A stretch of 32,717 bases of DNA from Myxococcota bacterium. Lineage in GTDB: Bacteria; Myxococcota_A; UBA9160; UBA4427. This document shows, in pieces, positions 31,947 to 32,717 of the stretch (the first letter of the stretch is position 1; each line of letters opens with the position of its first letter). Below the pieces are notes generated by a model. The model did not search any database and was not told the origin of the DNA. It saw only the letters and a list, made by a program, of their open reading frames with translations. The stretch is taken from assembly GCA_036336835.1 (NCBI GenBank), contig JAYZFK010000047.1, forward strand, positions 1 to 32,717. The letters are read 5' to 3'. Both the position numbers and the translations under genes were made by a program.

Positions 31947-32717
31947 TCAGTGATGCGCGTGCTCGCCGTGGCCGCCGCCCTGCCCCACGTCCCCGGGCTG
32001 TGCCACGTGATGCGCATGAGGCTCGGGCTCGGCAGTACGCGCTTGCGACACCCGCATCGACTCGTCGCGGAGATGCTCGATCAACGACGTCGTCTCGATG
32101 TCGGTCAGCCGGAGGTTGGGCATCCGGACGTCGCCGTACTCGGCGAGGATCTGCAGCGCGATCGGGTCCTCTTCGGCGATCATCGCGTCGGGCTCCATCA
32201 GCCAGCGAGCCAGCCAGTCGGGATCGCGCTTCTCGACGATGCCGATCAGATCCGGGCCCACGCCGTCTCCTTGCCCGATGGTGTGGCAGGCGTTACAGCG
32301 GGTCCGGAACAGGTACTCGCCGCGAGTGAACGCAGGCAGCTTCTCGGCCGTGGCGTACGAACGCCCCGCCGGCCGCGGAACCTTCCAGTTGTGCAGTGAG
32401 TCCATCAGGAGGCCGGCCAGGATGTGCGGATTGTCGTACGGCGAGCGCTTCATCCAGCGCCCGGTCGCTTCGTTCCCGACGATCAGGCTGACGTTGTGGT
32501 CGTTGGGATCCTCGAGGTCCTCGATCAGCAGTCCGAGCTTGCGCTGGAGCAGCTCGATGTCCTCTTCGCTCCCGGTCAGGAACGTCCAGCCCGGGCCGAT
32601 CTTGAATTGCTCACGATACGCAGCGAGGACCTCCGGGCTGTCGGTCTCCGGATCGATGGTAATCGAGTACATGAAGACGTCCTGGTCGGCACGATCTCCC
32701 AGCAGCTGCTGCACCTG
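31947..32717 (-). CDS. SCO1/SenC family protein fused to cytochrome c, with a His-rich tail (5'-partial)
   Basis: The frame is open to the window edge. SCO part: MYSITIDPETDSPEVL...GWTFLTG...H. Cytochrome c part: GEYLFRTRCNACHTIG...GPDL...MPNL. Tail HAHH...GGHGEHAHH. Confidence 0.87.
   Translation of the reverse strand, partial: QVQQLLGDRADQDVFMYSITIDPETDSPEVLAAYREQFKIGPGWTFLTGSEEDIELLQRKLGLLIEDLEDPNDHNVSLIVGNEATGRWMKRSPYDNPHILAGLLMDSLHNWKVPRPAGRSYATAEKLPAFTRGEYLFRTRCNACHTIGQGDGVGPDLIGIVEKRDPDWLARWLMEPDAMIAEEDPIALQILAEYGDVRMPNLRLTDIETTSLIEHLRDESMRVSQARTAEPEPHAHHVAQPGDVGQGGGHGEHAHH

Overview
GC-rich bacterial chromosomal window of about 23 protein genes and one tmRNA. No integrase, transposase, CRISPR array, rRNA or tRNA was found. 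From left to right it holds: (1) a 5'-truncated PVC-type beta-propeller/HEAT/cytochrome c protein. (2) A lipid or sterol side-chain catabolic locus resembling the actinobacterial one, with a ferritin-like diiron protein plus a FadE26/FadE27-like acyl-CoA dehydrogenase pair, a divergent TetR with a palindromic operator candidate, and a translationally coupled Rv3521-like/ltp4/ltp3 trio. (3) A small exported GOLD-like protein. (4) tmRNA (tag ADDNYALAA) followed by a lone cytochrome P450, which is bracketed by a degenerate 31-bp copy of the tmRNA 3' end and looks like an island remnant. (5) A RecQ helicase with a histone-H1-like (KKTAA)n N-terminus, a divergent YchF paralog and a YbiT-like ABC-F. 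(6) A fused MFS/spermidine-synthase-like protein and an ActP-type symporter with its DUF4212 partner. (7) A TetR-betA-crotonase unit with an operator and an intergenic 9-bp VNTR. (8) A DUF3604 protein, a small hypothetical, a GT-C membrane glycosyltransferase, and a truncated SCO-cytochrome c fusion. The tmRNA tag and the flanking gene content suggest a non-actinobacterial host, possibly Myxococcota- or Binatota-like (inference only). Family calls come from motif recognition and remembered homologue sequences, not from database searches.
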